Below, piece after piece: positions 21,028-31,306 of a stretch of DNA of 64,000 nucleotides (position 1 is its first letter; every line of letters starts with the position of its first letter). The position numbers were made by a program, and so were the translations under genes. This DNA comes from an uncultured Acidimicrobiia bacterium. Its GTDB lineage: Bacteria > Actinomycetota > Acidimicrobiia > Acidimicrobiales > AC-14. The notes under the pieces are model-generated. The model made no database searches. It was given only the letters and a program-made list of their open reading frames with translations, and had not been told where the DNA came from. The stretch lies in assembly GCA_963836205.1 (NCBI GenBank), contig CAWIIV010000015.1, positions 352,001-416,000 of the forward strand, given 5' to 3'.

Positions 21028-21746
21028 AGACGGTAAGCAATCTAGTGGAAGCCTCCGCAATCGCCCGCTCCGGCGGGATCGCAGTGCTTAAACAGATAAA
21101 ACAGTCTATGCTCTCCGAGACCGTTCTTTCCGGCGACCTCGGTCCGCTCTTTACTCCTCTTTTCGGTCCTCCGCATATTGTCCCAGCGCCAGTCACTGAT
21201 CTCGTGTCCAAGGAAGACTCGCAGCGAACCACTAACTGGCACATAGATCAGAGCTTCGTGGATAAACCGCCCGAATGGAGCGCTCTGTACTGCGTGGACC
21301 CAGGGCACATTGAGGTCCCCACCGTCTTTTGCGATTCCCACCGCCTGTTCTTGAGCCTCTCTAATGGTTACAGAGAGATGCTTAGGGGGCTTGACGCGAC
21401 CCATTACGCCAGCTATCCAAGCATGGGAGTAAACGAAGCCGTGACATCTGCGACTCATCCCGTGGTTGTGGATGTAGAGACGGACCAGGATGGCGGCCCA
21501 GCCTTGTTCATTGCTCCAGCGACCGTAAACTCATTTGTGGGTTGGGAAAGCTGGGAGAGCCATCCCATCCTCGAGTACCTATTCGGCATGATGAATTGGC
21601 CGGAGTTCACGGAGGTTCATCACTGGGCGGCGGGCGACCTTTTGATTTGGCCAAGCCGGCGGTACCCCCATCGAGTGCTTCCCGCTCGTTCGACGGATAG
21701 TCGGCGACACCTACAACGAGCCATGGGACACTGGCGTTTCTCCTAA
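21024..21746 (+). CDS. TauD/TfdA family Fe(II)/2-oxoglutarate dioxygenase
   Basis: WHIDQSF (HxD), THPVV, HHWAAGDLLIW..R.YPHR. Confidence 0.85.
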   Translation: MKTVSNLVEASAIARSGGIAVLKQIKQSMLSETVLSGDLGPLFTPLFGPPHIVPAPVTDLVSKEDSQRTTNWHIDQSFVDKPPEWSALYCVDPGHIEVPTVFCDSHRLFLSLSNGYREMLRGLDATHYASYPSMGVNEAVTSATHPVVVDVETDQDGGPALFIAPATVNSFVGWESWESHPILEYLFGMMNWPEFTEVHHWAAGDLLIWPSRRYPHRVLPARSTDSRRHLQRAMGHWRFS

Positions 21747-21804
21747 GAAGCGCGTTTCTCCTAAGAACCAGAGACTACGACCACTGGAGCGAGTGCGGTT
21801 TGGC

Positions 21805-22371
21805 TCAGTGAGAGCGCATTCCGGTGACGATAGTGGAATCGCTGTCGGGCAGCTCTAGCTGCCACGCGATTTCGAAGCCGACTCTCTCGAAGAATGAAAT
21901 ATTGTTCACATTAGTGGCCTCCAGGTAGACAGGCCTTCCTATGAAGTCAGACATAGACATGCGATTGAGGAGATACTCAGTTCCGAATCCCTGACCCTGC
22001 GATGTTTGCAGCACCAACATGTAGAAAAGGTATATCGGTCTTTCGAGTACGGGCAGTCGTGAGCCAATTGTCGCCAGCGCGTTATGAAACTCCTGGCGCA
22101 ACGACTCATCTACGATCTCACTCAGCAGTATCGCTTGGAACTCTGCTATCTCGTTATCAGTTAGCATTAATGTTTCGTCAGTAACCCAGATTGCTCTAAC
22201 AGATCCAACAAGCTCCAGGTTCGTTTCACCACAGCGGGCAAGAATGAAGCTGAATACTCGTTCTAAGAAGCTGGAGCGGCGAAGCCTATCTGGACAAAGA
22301 GCTCTAAAGAATGGGTCGTCATGAAAACCCGTGATGAACTCCCGGGTGACGCTTGGCCTTTTCTCGTTCAT
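21805..22371 (-). CDS. GNAT N-acetyltransferase (lower GC)
   Basis: QGQGFGT, PVYLEAT, NISFFERVGF. Confidence 0.8.
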   Translation of the reverse strand: MNEKRPSVTREFITGFHDDPFFRALCPDRLRRSSFLERVFSFILARCGETNLELVGSVRAIWVTDETLMLTDNEIAEFQAILLSEIVDESLRQEFHNALATIGSRLPVLERPIYLFYMLVLQTSQGQGFGTEYLLNRMSMSDFIGRPVYLEATNVNNISFFERVGFEIAWQLELPDSDSTIVTGMRSH

Positions 22372-22841
22372 GTGAACGTAGTCGCCCCGACCTAACGGCT
22401 AGGAGGATCGCTAATTCGGCTCCTCCCGACCGTCGCCGAGAGCACACCACGACCTCGCCCTAGGAGTCTATCAATTGCCTTCGAAAAGGACACGTCCCAC
22501 GGGCAGCGTTGTCCCCCTGGTACAGGTTGACGCGAGAATCCGGCTCCGAGAGTCCTGCACTTCGCTGAGACTCCGAGTTCTCCCACGGGGTCCAACATTA
22601 ACGAGCACGACAGTGACATCAAAGCATCAGGATTGCATGCGAGGTAAGCGGCAGGTCTGCCCGCAGGGGGCGCCGTGGATCAGCAGTGGTGCCAGCCGCA
22701 CGCCACGGCGGGCCGGGAACGCGTGAACACAACGCCGATCACAGGTTCGGTCGTCATCGGAGTAGTGGGAGTTGCGCAGCGTTTGGGCCCAGAGCGCCGG
22801 CGTCACCCGTGCGGCTCCACCTCGCCCCGGATCCCTGGAAG

Positions 22842-23414
22842 TCACTCCGGCAGTTTGAGCTCGCCCTCTCCGGCCTCGGCGTGGCGGGGCACCGCCTTTT
22901 CGGCAGCGGTCTCGGCCTCCTGCTCGAAACGGTCTTCTGGGTCGCTGACCTGGATGCCGCCCGGAGCAGCCTTGCCATCCACCGGGCCCGTCTTTTGTTG
23001 GACGACGTGGGTCAGCTCGTGGGCGATGGTCTTTTGGCCGGCCGGGCTGCTCGGGTCGTAGCGGCCTGATCCGAAGACGATCTCGTTGCCGACGGTGTAG
23101 GCGTGGGCGCCCACGGCCGCGGCCGTCTCCGATGCCGGGCCGTTCGTGTGGAGGCGGACGTCCCCGAAATCGTGGCCCAATCGCGACTCCATATGGCCCC
23201 GTAGCGCCGCGTCCATCGGGCTGCCTCCACCGCGGCCGATGACGTCGAGGACGGGCGACGCCGGCTCCCCATTGGCCAGGAACTCGGTCGTCGCCTGGTT
23301 CCCGGCAGTGCGCTGGAGGTCCAATAGGCCCTCCCCCGGCGTCTGCCCCGGCGGGGAAACATCGGGGCGGTCATCGACATCGACGAACGACCAGTCCTCC
23401 GCGTAGCCGTGCAC
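22842..23414 (-). CDS. DUF4157 (eCIS core domain) protein
   Basis: MESRLGHDFGDVRLHT, AHAYTVG, AHELTHVVQQ, DRFEQEA; LQRTAGN motif. Confidence 0.93.
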   Translation of the reverse strand: MHGYAEDWSFVDVDDRPDVSPPGQTPGEGLLDLQRTAGNQATTEFLANGEPASPVLDVIGRGGGSPMDAALRGHMESRLGHDFGDVRLHTNGPASETAAAVGAHAYTVGNEIVFGSGRYDPSSPAGQKTIAHELTHVVQQKTGPVDGKAAPGGIQVSDPEDRFEQEAETAAEKAVPRHAEAGEGELKLPE

Positions 23415-23579
23415 GGGCTACATCCTCCGCGCCGCAGGCTCGGGCCTGGCAAGGACTTGTCGGATGCCCGAATGGGCAGGGCGTGCTGCCCCCCCGGCGG
23501 GCCGACTGGCGCTGTCGAGTCACCGGCACGGGCGCCACCCTTCTGGGCGAGATCTCCGCTCTGGCCCGAGGAGGCCCCT

Positions 23580-25091
23580 ATGCCTCAGTACCTGTCGCCC
23601 GGCGTCTACGTCGAGGAGGTCGAGTCCGGCTCCCGGCCCATCGAGGGCGTCGGCACCGCAGTCGCCGGGTTCGTCGGCCTTGCGTCCCGCGGGCCGGCCA
23701 ACGAGCCCAAGCTGATCACCAACTGGAGCCAGTTCACCCAGACGTTCGGGGACTTCACCGAGGGCACATTCCTGGCCCAGGCCGTCTACGGGTTCTTCCT
23801 CAACGGCGGGGGTAGCTGCTACGTCGTCCGCATCGAGGGCGACGGCGTGTCGCCCGTGGCTCGGGCCGAGCTCGGCAGCGGTGCCGACGGCAAGGTCGGC
23901 GCCTACCAGGTCACCGCCATCGAGCCCGGCGCGGCCGGCAACGACATCGCCGTCGAGGTCCAGCACGGCGACGACGAGGCCTTCAACCTGGTGGTCACCC
24001 GGGGCGACAAGACCGAGGAGTTCAGCGGGCTGAGCGTGAAGCGGGGCCGTCAGAACGCGGCCACCGTGGTCAACGCCCAGTCCCAGCTCATCCGGTTGGA
24101 GGCGGTGACCGACGGCAGCCCCATCGAGCGCCCTGCGGCAGGCCGCACCAGCTTGGCCGGCGGCGGTGCCAACTCCGCCGCCCGGCTGAGCGCGGAGGAC
24201 TACGTGGGCGACGCTGCCGATCGCACCGGCTTCGCCGGCCTGGAGGCGATCGACGAGGTCACCATGCTCGCCGTTCCCGATCTGATGGCGGCCTACCAGA
24301 AGGGGATGGTCGACCTCGACGGAGTGCAGGCGGTGCAGCTGGCGATGATCGCCCACTGCGAGCTCATGGGCGACCGGGTCGCGATCCTCGACCCTCCCCC
24401 CGGCCTCAACGCCCAGCAGGTCCACGAGTGGCGGGTGGAGAAGGTCGGCTACGACTCGAAGTACGCCACCCTCTACTGGCCGTGGGTCAAGGTCTTCGAC
24501 CCCGCCAACGGGCAGAACACACTCGTCCCGCCCAGCGGCTACGTGGCCGGGATCTGGGGCCGGAGCGACGACAGCCGGGGCGTGCACAAGGCGCCCGCCA
24601 ACGAGACCGTCCGCGGCGCCCTCGGCCTCGAGATCCAGATCACCAAGGGCGAGCACGACCTGCTCAACCCGGTCGGTATCAACTGCATCCGGGCGTTCCC
24701 GGGCCGGGGGATCAGGGTGTGGGGAGCGCGCACGCTGTCGAGCGACCCCGCGTGGAGGTACGTGAACATCCGCCGGCTGTTCAACTACCTGGAGGAGTCG
24801 ATCCTCGGCGGCACCCAGTGGGCCGTCTTCGAGCCCAACGACCGTGCCCTCTGGGCTCGGCTGCGGCGGTCGATCCAGGCCTTCCTCGTGACCGAGTGGC
24901 GCAAGGGCGCTCTGTTCGGGCTGACTCCGGACGAGGCCTTCTACGTGAAGTGCGACGACGAGACCAACCCTGCAGAGACCATCGACCTCGGCCAGGTGGT
25001 GTGCGAGATCGGCGTCGCCCCGGTGAAGCCGGCCGAGTTCGTGGTGTTCCGCCTCTCGCAGTACTCCGGCGGCGCCAGCCTCGTCGAATAG
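23580..25091 (+). CDS. Contractile tail sheath protein
   Basis: MPQYLSPGVYVEE, YWPW, RGVHKAPAN, WGARTL, VKPAEFV. Confidence 0.97.
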   Translation: MPQYLSPGVYVEEVESGSRPIEGVGTAVAGFVGLASRGPANEPKLITNWSQFTQTFGDFTEGTFLAQAVYGFFLNGGGSCYVVRIEGDGVSPVARAELGSGADGKVGAYQVTAIEPGAAGNDIAVEVQHGDDEAFNLVVTRGDKTEEFSGLSVKRGRQNAATVVNAQSQLIRLEAVTDGSPIERPAAGRTSLAGGGANSAARLSAEDYVGDAADRTGFAGLEAIDEVTMLAVPDLMAAYQKGMVDLDGVQAVQLAMIAHCELMGDRVAILDPPPGLNAQQVHEWRVEKVGYDSKYATLYWPWVKVFDPANGQNTLVPPSGYVAGIWGRSDDSRGVHKAPANETVRGALGLEIQITKGEHDLLNPVGINCIRAFPGRGIRVWGARTLSSDPAWRYVNIRRLFNYLEESILGGTQWAVFEPNDRALWARLRRSIQAFLVTEWRKGALFGLTPDEAFYVKCDDETNPAETIDLGQVVCEIGVAPVKPAEFVVFRLSQYSGGASLVE

Positions 25092-25138
25092 TCCGCCGCC
25101 CAAGAAGCCCCGCGTAAGCCCTCAGGAGGTACCCAGCC

Positions 25139-25585
25139 ATGGCTCTGGAAGCCAGCGACAGCGCCGTCGGCCACTCGTTCGGTCTCGAGTTCGACGGCAT
25201 CACCATCACCGAGATCTCCGAGGTGACCGGCCTCAAGATGGACCAGGACGTCATCGAGTACAAGCACAACACACCCGACGGCAAGTACCTGGTGAAGAAG
25301 CTGCCGGGCCGGCCCAAGCCGGGCGAGGTCACCCTGGTCCGGGGCCTGACGGGCGACAACAGCTTCGACACCTGGATCAAGAACTGCCAGTTCGGGCGCA
25401 TGGGCGACGCCCGCAAGGGTGGGGCCATCATCGTCTTCGACTTCGAGGGCAACCCCATCAAGCGCTATAACCTGGAGAACGCCTGGCCCAAGGGCCTCGA
25501 GGTGAGTGGGCTGAAGGCGGGCGACACGTCGGTGCTCACCGAGAAGCTCACCATCACCTACGAGGCGATGGCGCCCGAGGCATGA
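25139..25585 (+). CDS. Tail tube protein (gp19-like)
   Basis: FGLEFDG, KLPGRPKPGEVTLVRG, AWP. Confidence 0.93.
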   Translation: MALEASDSAVGHSFGLEFDGITITEISEVTGLKMDQDVIEYKHNTPDGKYLVKKLPGRPKPGEVTLVRGLTGDNSFDTWIKNCQFGRMGDARKGGAIIVFDFEGNPIKRYNLENAWPKGLEVSGLKAGDTSVLTEKLTITYEAMAPEA

Positions 25586-26022
25586 GAAGGGACGCCGGCG
25601 CCCAGGCCACCCGCGAGCGGCCGGCGGGCGAGGGCGGGGGCGGGGTCGAGGCGCTCAAGACCGAGTTCGAGTTCGAGTTGCCCCGCGGGTACGTCGACTC
25701 GACCGGTGCCCTGCACCGGCGAGGGTCGATGCGCCTGGCGACGGCGCGGGACGAGCTGCTCCCCCTCCACGACGACCGCGTCCGCCAGAACCCGGCCTAT
25801 CTCACCGTGGTACTACTGGCCCGGGTGGTGACCCGGTTGGGGACGCTCACCGACGTCCACGCCGGGGTCATGGAGAACCTCTTCGCCTCCGACCTGGCCT
25901 TTCTGCAGGATCTCTACCGCCGGGTCAACCAGGAGGGCCACACCCGGGCCGCGGTCACCTGCCCGTCGTGCAACCACCAGTTCGCCGTCGACGTGGCCGG
26001 TAGCCGCCTGGGGGAACCGTGA
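25582..26022 (+). CDS. CIS tail-assembly-chaperone-like protein
   Basis: TEFEFELPRGYVD, MRLATARDE, DLAFLQDLY, CPSC zinc motif. Confidence 0.85.
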   Translation: MRRDAGAQATRERPAGEGGGGVEALKTEFEFELPRGYVDSTGALHRRGSMRLATARDELLPLHDDRVRQNPAYLTVVLLARVVTRLGTLTDVHAGVMENLFASDLAFLQDLYRRVNQEGHTRAAVTCPSCNHQFAVDVAGSRLGEP

Positions 26023-26171
26023 CGTACGGGGCCGAACGGCTCTACGAGGAGGCCGCGTACGTCGCCTTCCACTTCCACTGGTCGCTCGACGACATCCTCG
26101 ACCTCGAGCACCACCTCCGTCGCCGGTTCGTCGGCGAGATCGAGCGCCTCCGGCAGCCAGGCGGGCGGTGA
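26019..26171 (+). CDS. DUF6760-like small CIS protein (absent from the ORF track)
   Basis: MTYGAERLYEEAAYVAFHFHWSLDDILDLEHHLRRRFVGEIERLRQPGGR*. Confidence 0.85.
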   Translation: MTYGAERLYEEAAYVAFHFHWSLDDILDLEHHLRRRFVGEIERLRQPGGR

Positions 26172-26176
26172 CGGCC

Positions 26177-28026
26177 GTGTGGCCCTTTCGTCGCCACCGG
26201 TCATCCGTCGCCTGGTGCGCAGGCGGGAACGCCCGGGGAGCCGGCCGTCCACCGGGCCGAGTGGCGCGGGCTGCCGCCGATCCAACGGATGGTGACGCCG
26301 GTGGCGGGCACGTTCGGGACCACGTTCCTTCGAGACGGGCCTCGACCTCCCGTCGGAGCCCGGCCCTCGTCGGGCCCCTGGGCCACTTCGTCGCACCCGA
26401 CGCAGCCGGCGGAACGTTCGAGGTGGCGGCGCGACCGGCAGGCCGACGCACCTTCCCGCCACCCGCCGGCCTGGTGATTCCTCCGAGCGACGGCGAGCCC
26501 GTGCGTGAGCTCGCCCCCACGCCGACGCCGGCTGCACCACCTGGGCCCACTGACGCTGGTCTCGGCGCCGCGTCCCGTGATGCTCCAACGTCAGGCTGCG
26601 CTCGATCCGACGCCTCCTCCGCCTCCTCCTCCGGGCACGGATGCGGTCGGGACGGTGGGCACGGAACCGAGTCGTCGGCTCGAACTGACTCGACGGCCCA
26701 CGCCACCGGCCGCGCCCCACGTCCCGCCGACGGCCGCGGCACCGGTCCCGAAACCGGCGGAAGCGCCACTGCGGCCGGGACTGGGACGGGCGTTGCCTCC
26801 GGGTGTGAGCCGCCTGCCGGTCGTCCAACGGGCGAGCGTGCCACCCGGGGAGGCGCCGGGGGCGACGCTCGGGGCGGCGGGTCGGCCGGTCCCACCGTCG
26901 CCGTCCGAATGGTCCGAGCCCCACTCCCCGGCAGGTACGCCACGTATGGGCGCGGCGGGGGCGCCCGCCCCTCCCGTGGATCCCGGCGACGCCGAGGTCG
27001 CCCCCCTGGTCGGGCTCCGCCGACTGCCGATCACCGAGCACCGCCCGCACGACGGGCCGGTGACCGACCGGGGCTTGCCGGCGGACACTTCGATGCCGCG
27101 CCTGACCTCGTTGGTGACCGCTCCCGATCCCCATGGCCGCCACTCGGAGATGGAACCTCTCACCGGCAACCATCCAGCGCGGCCCCGAGTGTGGCCGACG
27201 CCACCGTCGCTCCCCTGGTGGCCGACCGAGGCCTGCTCAGCCGCCGGCACCGCTCGTCTCGGGCGCAGGGTCAGGCTGGCCGGCACCGCCTCGGGCGTCG
27301 ACAACCCGAACGAAGGGCCGGAGTGGCCCCCCAGAGGGACCACTCGCGCCATCTGTTCGGGCCCGGGGCACGGCCGCCGAGTCGCCGACGGCGGACTCGT
27401 CGACGCGGTCCGGGGTGCCGCTGACCCTCCAGCGGATGCGGGATACCTCCACCCAGGCCACCCGTGCCGCCACCCGGCGGACGGATACGCCGGACGCAGG
27501 CGCAGTCGGTTTCGTGGACGCGGGCTCGGTTGCGGTGGCTGCGGGCCTGGCGCATCGGGCGCCGGACGGGTCGGTCGTCTTCGGGCCGCCCGTGACCGCC
27601 CGGCCGGGCCTCGGCCCAACCTCGCCGGCCGGCGCCGCCCCGAGCCGGCCGGCGCCGAGCAGGGCCGCCGGCCCGCCGCCGGTCGTGCAACGGGTGCTCG
27701 ACGACGCGGCGCCCCCCTCGACCGAGCCTCCCGCGCCCACGATGGCCGAGCCCAGGACCGAGGCGTTCGCCCCTCCGGCCGGTCCGGGCCCGGGTGGCCC
27801 GAACCCGGGCGTCCCGGCCCAGGAGACCCCCGCCCCCCCGACCCCCGCGGCCCCGACTCCGGCGACCCCCACGGCCGCCGCGACCGCGGCGGCCGCCATG
27901 TCCGACCGGGACGTCGACCGCCTCGCCCGCCGCCTGTACCCCCGGCTCCGGGACCACCTGCGGGGCGAGTTGCGACTCGACCGTGAACGGCTCGGGCGGG
28001 CGTCCGACCTGGGCCTGCGGAACTGA
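26177..28026 (+). CDS. Pro/Ala-rich low-complexity CIS protein (tape-measure position), with several frameshifts
   Basis: Starts MWPFRR and ends with DRLARRLYPRLRDHLRGELRLDRERLG, a C-terminus typical of actinobacterial CIS loci. Confidence 0.65.
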
Positions 28027-28029
28027 GCG

Positions 28030-28479
28030 ATGGCCGACTACGAGTCGTACCCGCCCACGACCGTCCACTTCAGCGTGGAGATCGACGACCAGGACCTGGG
28101 CGTGTTCACCGCCTGTGAGGGTCTCGGCTGCGAGGTCGTCATCGAGCAGCGGGCCGAGGGCGGGAACAACGCCTTCATGCACCAGTTCACGGGGCGGGTC
28201 AAGTACTCCAACGTCAAGCTCACCCGGCCCATCAACGGCGACTCGGCGAAGGTGGCGGCCTGGTTCGCCAAGCTGGCCGTCAACCAGGTCGAGCGACCGA
28301 CGGCCACCATCTCCGCCCTCGACCCCGACGGCCAAACCATCATCGCCAAGTGGGAGCTGCAGGAGGTCATACCGGTCCGTTGGCAGGGCCCGTCGTTCAA
28401 CATCGAGGGTCCCAAGGTGGCCACCGAGATGTTGGAGCTGGCCCACCACGGGTTCGGCCCGGGCGCGGCCGCGCCATGA
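28030..28479 (+). CDS. Second tube protein (Afp5-like)
   Basis: FTACEGLG, EGGNN, NVKLTRP, PVRWQGP, ELAHHG. Confidence 0.92.
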   Translation: MADYESYPPTTVHFSVEIDDQDLGVFTACEGLGCEVVIEQRAEGGNNAFMHQFTGRVKYSNVKLTRPINGDSAKVAAWFAKLAVNQVERPTATISALDPDGQTIIAKWELQEVIPVRWQGPSFNIEGPKVATEMLELAHHGFGPGAAAP

Positions 28480-29171
28480 GTCCCCCGACGAGGGCGACGA
28501 TCACCGTCACCACGCCCTCGGTGCAGCAGGGCCAGGCGAGCAAGGGCCCGACGGTGGAGACGTTCGAGGTGCAGTTCAACCCCAGCGAGTACGTCATCTC
28601 CAAGTCGGCGACGTGGGACCACAAGCCGTCGACCAGCGCCGCCAACACGACCATGCCCCAGTTCATGGGGGCCAACAGCGCCGAGCTGACCTTCGAGCTC
28701 TTCCTCGACGCGACCCAGACCAAGCCCGCCGACCTGGTCAAGACCGTCGACACCCTGTTCTTCTGTTGCTCGCCGCTGGTGAAGACCAAGCAGCAGAAGA
28801 AGCCGTCGGCCCCCTTCGTCGTGCTCGAGTGGGGCCAGCTCAAGTTCACCGGCAACGTCAAGAGCGTGGCCGCCAAGTACACCCTCTTCAACGAGAAGGG
28901 TGAGCCCCTCCGGGCCACCTGCAACGTCACCCTCCAGGAGCTGCCGACGGGCAAGCCCTTCACCAACCCCACCTCGGGCGGGCGGGAACCCACCACCAGT
29001 CACCGGGTGGTGGCCGGCGACACCCTGGCCTCGATCGCCTGGGCCGAGTACCAGGACCCCACCATGTGGCGACACGTGGCCGCGGCCAACGGCATCGACG
29101 ACCCCCTCCGCCTCCGGGAGGGGACGATGATCCTCGTCCCGTCCCCCGACGCCGACGACGAGGCCCGGTGA
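28476..29171 (+). CDS. Tube initiator with LysM domain (Afp7-like)
   Basis: QFNPSEY, NPTSGG, GDTLASIA..EYQDP..WR.VA.ANGIDDP. Confidence 0.92.
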   Translation: MSPPTRATITVTTPSVQQGQASKGPTVETFEVQFNPSEYVISKSATWDHKPSTSAANTTMPQFMGANSAELTFELFLDATQTKPADLVKTVDTLFFCCSPLVKTKQQKKPSAPFVVLEWGQLKFTGNVKSVAAKYTLFNEKGEPLRATCNVTLQELPTGKPFTNPTSGGREPTTSHRVVAGDTLASIAWAEYQDPTMWRHVAAANGIDDPLRLREGTMILVPSPDADDEAR

Positions 29172-29183
29172 CAGGGTGAGCCA

Positions 29184-30893
29184 GTGAGCCAGGCCCACAC
29201 GAGCAAGTTCGAGGTCTCGGTCGACGGCCGGCCGCTGCCCTCGCACCTCGACGCCGCCCTCCTCCGATTGACGGCGGAGAGCAGCGTGAAGCTGCCCGAC
29301 AGCTTCTCGCTCGCCTTCCGGGACCCCAATCGCGACGTGCTCGACGCGGCCAAGGTGAAGATCGGGTCGAAGGTCGACGTCCGGGTCTTCTCCGACAGCG
29401 CGCCCCAGGGTCAGAAGCTCGTGAGCGGCGAGGTCACCGCCCTGGAGGCGGAGCTCGACTCGGAGGCCACCACGACCGTCGTGAGGGGCCTCGACCTCTC
29501 CCACCGGCTGTTCCGCAACCGGGCCACCGAGACCTACACCAACGTCACCTATGCCGACGTCGCCGGCAAAGTGGCCCGCCGGGCCGGCCTGGAGACGGGG
29601 ATGATCGACGCGACCAAGACCGTCCACGACCACGTGTCGCAGGGCAACGTGACCGACTGGGACTTCCTCACCGGACTGGCCCGGGAGGTTGGATTTCACG
29701 TCGGGGTCGTCGACGGCAAGTTCGTGTTCCGCAAGCCGATCGACGCCGCCACCGGGCCCCAGGACGGCACCTACACGTCGCAGGACCCGCTCCAACTGGT
29801 GATGGGCAAGGACCTCCTGCGCTTCCGGGCCATCGTGCGGTCGAGCGAGCAGGTGGAGGAGGTGCAGGTCCGGGGGTGGGACATGCGCCAGAAGCGGGCC
29901 GTGGTGGGCACCGCCCCCGCGGCCACCGCCAGCGCGACCATCGGCACCACGCCCAAGGAGCTGGCCGGCCGGTTCGGCGGGCGGTCATACGTCGGCGTCG
30001 ACGTGCCCTATCACGAGCAGAGCGAGGTGGACGCGGCGGCCGCGGCCCTGGCCGAGGACATCGCCAGCTCCTTTGCCGAGTTCGAGGGTGTGGCGCGGGG
30101 CAACCCCCACATCCGGGCCGGGAGGGCGGTGAGCCTGTCTCTGGTGAAAGCGCCCTTCGACGGCCAGTACAGCGTGACCAGCAGCCGCCACACCTACGAC
30201 ACCGAGACGGGCTACACGGTGGCCTTCACCGTCAGCGGCAGCCAGGACCGGTCGCTCTACGGGCTGGTGGCCAACGGCTCGTCCCGCGGCATCAGGGGTG
30301 TCTGCACCGCCATCGTCACCGACGTCAACGACCCCGAGGGGATGTGCCGGGTCAAGCTCAAGTTCCCCTGGCTGTCGGAGAGCTACGTCAGCGACTGGGC
30401 CCGGACGGTGCAGCTGTGCGCGGGCCGGTCCCGCGGCGGCGTGATGCTCCCCGAGGTCAACGACGAGGTGCTCGTCGCCTTCGACCAGGGCGACCTGCGG
30501 CGGCCCTTTGTCCTTGGCGCCCTCCACAACGGGATGGACAAGCCCGAGCTCGGCGACGACCTCGTCGATCCATCGACGGGTGAGGTGCGGCGGCGGGGGT
30601 TCATCTCCAAGAAGGGCGGTGGCCTGGTCTTTCTCGACGACGACGGCCAGGAGGGCGTCACCCTGTTCACCGGCGACCACCAGCTGCGCCTCGCCCTCAA
30701 CAAGTCGGACACCACGATCAAGGTCGACAGCAACGGGAACGTGGAGATCACCGCGGCCAAGGACGTGACGATCAAGGCCGGCAACGCCCTGGCCCTGGAA
30801 GCGGGCGCGTCGATCCAGCTCAAGGCGGGCACCATCTCCATCGAGGGCAGCGGGCCGGTGTCCGTCAAGGGCCAGCCGGTCCGGCTGAATTAG
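29184..30893 (+). CDS. VgrG-like spike (Afp8)
   Basis: TDWDFL, DPEGMCRVKLKFPW, LPEVNDEVLVAF. Confidence 0.95.
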   Translation: MSQAHTSKFEVSVDGRPLPSHLDAALLRLTAESSVKLPDSFSLAFRDPNRDVLDAAKVKIGSKVDVRVFSDSAPQGQKLVSGEVTALEAELDSEATTTVVRGLDLSHRLFRNRATETYTNVTYADVAGKVARRAGLETGMIDATKTVHDHVSQGNVTDWDFLTGLAREVGFHVGVVDGKFVFRKPIDAATGPQDGTYTSQDPLQLVMGKDLLRFRAIVRSSEQVEEVQVRGWDMRQKRAVVGTAPAATASATIGTTPKELAGRFGGRSYVGVDVPYHEQSEVDAAAAALAEDIASSFAEFEGVARGNPHIRAGRAVSLSLVKAPFDGQYSVTSSRHTYDTETGYTVAFTVSGSQDRSLYGLVANGSSRGIRGVCTAIVTDVNDPEGMCRVKLKFPWLSESYVSDWARTVQLCAGRSRGGVMLPEVNDEVLVAFDQGDLRRPFVLGALHNGMDKPELGDDLVDPSTGEVRRRGFISKKGGGLVFLDDDGQEGVTLFTGDHQLRLALNKSDTTIKVDSNGNVEITAAKDVTIKAGNALALEAGASIQLKAGTISIEGSGPVSVKGQPVRLN

Positions 30894-30910
30894 GGCCAGG
30901 GACGCTGACG

Positions 30911-31306
30911 ATGCCGGGGCCGGCCGCAGTGCTGGGCGACAAGGTGACCGGGGTGTGCGGCACCCACCTGATACCGGGGGCGTTCGGGAGTCCTCAGCCC
31001 AGCCCGCCGGTGCCGTTCTCCGCCCCCCTGACCGTGGGGTTGGCCATGACCGTGCTCATCGGGGGCCAGCCGGCGGCGGTCGTGGGGTCGTCGGGCCTCA
31101 ACCTGCCGCCCCACGTCGGCCTGCATCCCACCGATCCCCATCTGGCCCCGCCCGTCCAGCAGGGCACGGTGGTGGCCGGTGTGCCCAACGTGCTGTTCGA
31201 AGGCCGGCCCGCGGCAGCGACCGGGTCGGCCTGCACCATCTGCTTCGGCCTGCCCGGCGCCCTCGTGGGGTCGGCGGCCACGGTCTTGATCGGAACGGGC
31301 GGATGA
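30911..31306 (+). CDS. PAAR-like spike tip
   Basis: VLIGGQPAA and VLFEGRPAA motifs. Confidence 0.85.
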   Translation: MPGPAAVLGDKVTGVCGTHLIPGAFGSPQPSPPVPFSAPLTVGLAMTVLIGGQPAAVVGSSGLNLPPHVGLHPTDPHLAPPVQQGTVVAGVPNVLFEGRPAAATGSACTICFGLPGALVGSAATVLIGTGG

